Assembly (NCBI GenBank): GCA_040182905.1
Contig: JARQWU010000067.1
Coordinates: forward strand, 1 to 40,564
DNA length: 40,564 bases
Reading direction: 5' to 3'
Source of the DNA: Barthelona sp. PAP020
Lineage: Eukaryota
Below the pieces are notes generated by a model. It did not search any database and was not told the DNA's origin. It saw only the letters and a list, made by a program, of their open reading frames with translations. Position numbers and translations under genes: made by a program. Positions 38,063 through 40,564 of the stretch are shown piece after piece. Every line of letters starts with the position of its first letter. The stretch's first letter is position 1.

Positions 38063-39283
38063 ATGTCAATTGCAAATATTGATAATTTGGTCTATTCTTT
38101 AGCTTTTTTAGGGAAAAAATGTGTCAAAGGAAAGCAACCAACAAGCTATTATGATGGTCGAATTGGAGGATATCCAACTTTTCCAAAAGGTTTGCCTCCA
38201 CAATTTCCATATCATTGTCCAAATTGTGGTCATGAGTTAGTTCTATTGTTTCAAGGTTTTTGTCCTATTCCCGATGTTTGTGAGGACATTGACCGCATTT
38301 GTTATTTATTTTTTTGTAATAATCCTCAATGCATGAATCCATATGATTCTTTCAGATCATTGAGAATTCAAATTCCATATATTGAAGAAGATGAAGATAC
38401 AGAACAACAGAAAGTAATCAAGAGTGATTTGGAAGAGGCTTTAACTGATGGACTTGATTTTGATTTTGCCGATGATTCAAACTCAATGTTTATTGAATCA
38501 TCAACAAAGAAAAAATCTACAACGTTTGTTCCACAACCAGTGACTTATGACATGGAGAATGCGGAAGCTCTCAATTGTTTTGAGTTAGAATTTGCAGACG
38601 AAGAATATGATGATCCTGTTGATGATTTGAAAGGTGTTGAACAAGCGCTTGATGATGAAATTATTGATTTGGATGCTGTTGAAAATACAGAAGGGCCAGA
38701 AACCCATGAAATGGATTTATTGAGAAAATATAAACAAAGTTTAGCTAAGAATAAAGGGAATGATGAAAGTGATCAACTACTAACCACAAAAGTTACCGAA
38801 CAGTTGCTTAATTATGAAAAGTTTCAACGCAAACTTCGAAAATTTCCTGAACAAATTGTCAGATATTGTTTTGGTGGAAAGCCTGTTGTTTTGGATCCAA
38901 ACGCTATTGCAATAGGATTTGATTGGGAAACAGGAAAAACTAATTTTGATTGCCCAACATGCCGGAGATTAGCCAGAAAAGTTAATAAAAAAGAAAGAAA
39001 AAACAAAAGCTCCAAACTTGTTTTTGAATACCAAGTTTTGTCTACAATTCTTTATTTCAAAAAAGAACTTGGATTAAAATCAAATATTGATGATCTAATA
39101 GAAGTTTCAGTGTTTACATGTCAAAATGTTTGTCAAAAATTTTCAAATATTGATGAAGTAATGTATACACAGGATGATATTGTTATTTGTGAAATAGAAG
39201 AGAATGATCAAGAGTTATTAAGAAAAATTATTGAAAAAAGTGGTCAAATAAAAATGTCAAATCAAAATAAAGAACGAAAGTAG
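38063..39283 (+). CDS. PDCD2L: PDCD2-like / Tsr4 uS5 chaperone (no MYND finger)
   Basis: RIGGYP, CPNCG.ELVLLFQ.FCP, DRICYLFFCNNPQC, PEQIVRY..GGKP, CPTC..FEYQVL and VFTC. ATG 38063 follows a T-tract. Confidence 0.88.
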   Translation: MSIANIDNLVYSLAFLGKKCVKGKQPTSYYDGRIGGYPTFPKGLPPQFPYHCPNCGHELVLLFQGFCPIPDVCEDIDRICYLFFCNNPQCMNPYDSFRSLRIQIPYIEEDEDTEQQKVIKSDLEEALTDGLDFDFADDSNSMFIESSTKKKSTTFVPQPVTYDMENAEALNCFELEFADEEYDDPVDDLKGVEQALDDEIIDLDAVENTEGPETHEMDLLRKYKQSLAKNKGNDESDQLLTTKVTEQLLNYEKFQRKLRKFPEQIVRYCFGGKPVVLDPNAIAIGFDWETGKTNFDCPTCRRLARKVNKKERKNKSSKLVFEYQVLSTILYFKKELGLKSNIDDLIEVSVFTCQNVCQKFSNIDEVMYTQDDIVICEIEENDQELLRKIIEKSGQIKMSNQNKERK

Positions 39284-39359
39284 TTGATAAATAGTTTATT
39301 AGTCTGTTGTTTTTGTGTAAATGACTGTCATGTGTGTTAAAATAAAAGAAAAAAACTAT

Positions 39360-39604
39360 TTACTCAGATTTTACTTGGAATGTGTAGTTGGAAATTGGAC
39401 CCTGTGATAAATAAACGCATGCCCAAAATCCCCATGCACAAAATATTGATCCAAATACTATAAATGTTGTTAAACTAAAAGTTAGAATTGAATAAACAAT
39501 AATAAAAATCACCTTTTTTCTTTCCTAAATATTAATCGAGCAATTATCGTTCCCAGTATTGCAATACCCAAAAATATTAGGCTTATTAATGAAAAACTCG
39601 TCAT
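39360..39604 (-). CDS. VMA9: V-type ATPase V0 subunit e; exons 39513-39604 and 39360-39474 (68 aa), not in ORF track
   Basis: Spliced product MTSFSLISLIFLGIAILGTIIARLIFRKEKSLTTFIVFGSIFCAWGFWACVYLSQGPISNYTFQVKSE. Two TM helices and the subunit-e CxWxxWxxxxLxQ motif. Confidence 0.85.
39475..39512 (-). other. 38-nt phase-2 spliceosomal intron in V-ATPase subunit e
   Basis: GTGATTTTTATTATTGTTTATTCAATTCTAACTTTTAG. Contains an in-frame TGA if unspliced. Branch-like CTAAC. Confidence 0.85.
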
Positions 39605-39860
39605 TTGATAAATAATACACAAAAAAAAAATTAATTCATACATACATGTGATAGAAATTATGCAAAGATTGGATCAATTTATTCCTGAGAATCATTTAAT
39701 GTTTGAGTTGTTCAATTATTTCCTATTTGTGAAGAAAAAAGAAAATCCGATCAACCTATACATTCAAAGGTTGCTCTTTCTGAATGTAAACTCATAAATT
39801 TGTATTTAAATACAAAACTTATCAATCTGTAATAAACAAATACACACTTTATAAAGTTTC

Positions 39861-40300
39861 CTACAACTGCAAATCTCTCTTCAATTCAGCTTTATCTAAA
39901 TCTGCAACAGTAGTAGCTTGAGTTTCCAATCCTAAATTAAGGCAAGACTTGAGAATATTCTTGGTGGAAGCAAAAACCAATTTGGTTTTCATATCAACAC
40001 CACGAGGTCTCCAAAGAATAAGAACTTCCTTAGTTCTTCTTCCACCATCAACTTCATAATCAAAATCAAGAATAGCATAACGACAATCATCTTCAGGAAG
40101 AGCATTCAAAAAATCTTCATGTGTGGCTTCAGGAGAACCAAGAGTATCAACAACAATTTCTGTTTTGTTTTCATTCATTTTGAGCAAAAGAAATTTGTTC
40201 TTGGTAACGATTTTCATCTCTTGATACACATTAACGACATTATCAGATACAGTAATTCCCGACTACAAATTAGTACTCAATCAACAATAAATGATACCAT
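39861..40300 (-). CDS. Cofilin / actin-depolymerizing factor; exons 40298-40300 and 39861-40262 (134 aa)
   Basis: Splicing gives M|SGITVSDNVVNVYQEMK. Also has LPEDDCRYAILDFDY and LILWRP..KTKLVFASTK. Confidence 0.93.
40263..40297 (-). other. 35-nt spliceosomal intron directly after the cofilin start codon
   Basis: GTATCATTTATTGTTGATTGAGTACTAATTTGTAG. Removal restores the canonical MSG(I/V) cofilin N-terminus in frame. Confidence 0.9.
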
Positions 40301-40515
40301 TTTTTTGAAAAAGAAATAAAAAAATTTTGAAAAAAAAATCGAAGTTCAAAAGGATCATTTTGATTTTGACAAAACAATTCATATTTTCTTTTTGAAATCC
40401 CTTTAATTAATAAACAAAAACATCAAAAGAAATTTATTGTAAATCAAAGATGGAGTTTCTGGGAATTTTGAGTTGCTACAAACCATTTATTTCAGAAACA
40501 CACAGTCAATTGCAC

Positions 40516-40541
40516 AAAAAAAAAAAAAAAAAAAAAAAAAA
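40516..40541 (+). repeat. 26-nt poly(A) tract
   Basis: Read directly; the longest homopolymer I noticed in the window. Confidence 0.9.
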
Positions 40542-40564
40542 GGAAAAAATCACAAAACAACGAA

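Noticed and set aside
40516..40541. Poly(A) as a retroposon tail
   Set aside because: There is no target-site duplication or upstream element, and A/T tracts are common in these spacers.

Overview
AT-rich, very gene-dense, intron-poor eukaryotic DNA in the standard genetic code, most likely from a flagellated protist (ARL3 and an axonemal dynein are present; the lineage cannot be fixed from this window). It holds about 22 protein genes: CCT3 (3' part), a kinesin, a coiled-coil/WD40 gene and its kinase-WD40 paralogue (disrupted), ARL3, an archaeal-looking Trm5-family methyltransferase, PPAN/Ssf1, a degenerate TM-cyclase-TM-cyclase protein, an FHA-like protein, a CLASP/TOG-like plus TACC-like fusion, a possible reduced SMG8, acylphosphatase, an intronless 3972-aa DNAH6-like dynein heavy chain, a Nam8/RBP45-like triple-RRM protein, RPN7, PDCD2L/Tsr4, a V-ATPase subunit e missed by the ORF track, cofilin and several unknowns. 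I found four 35-40 nt GT..CTAAY..TAG introns by hand (ARL3, RPN7, V-ATPase e, cofilin). I could not support any RNA gene, CRISPR array or transposon. All family calls come from motifs recognised by eye and need HMM or structure confirmation.
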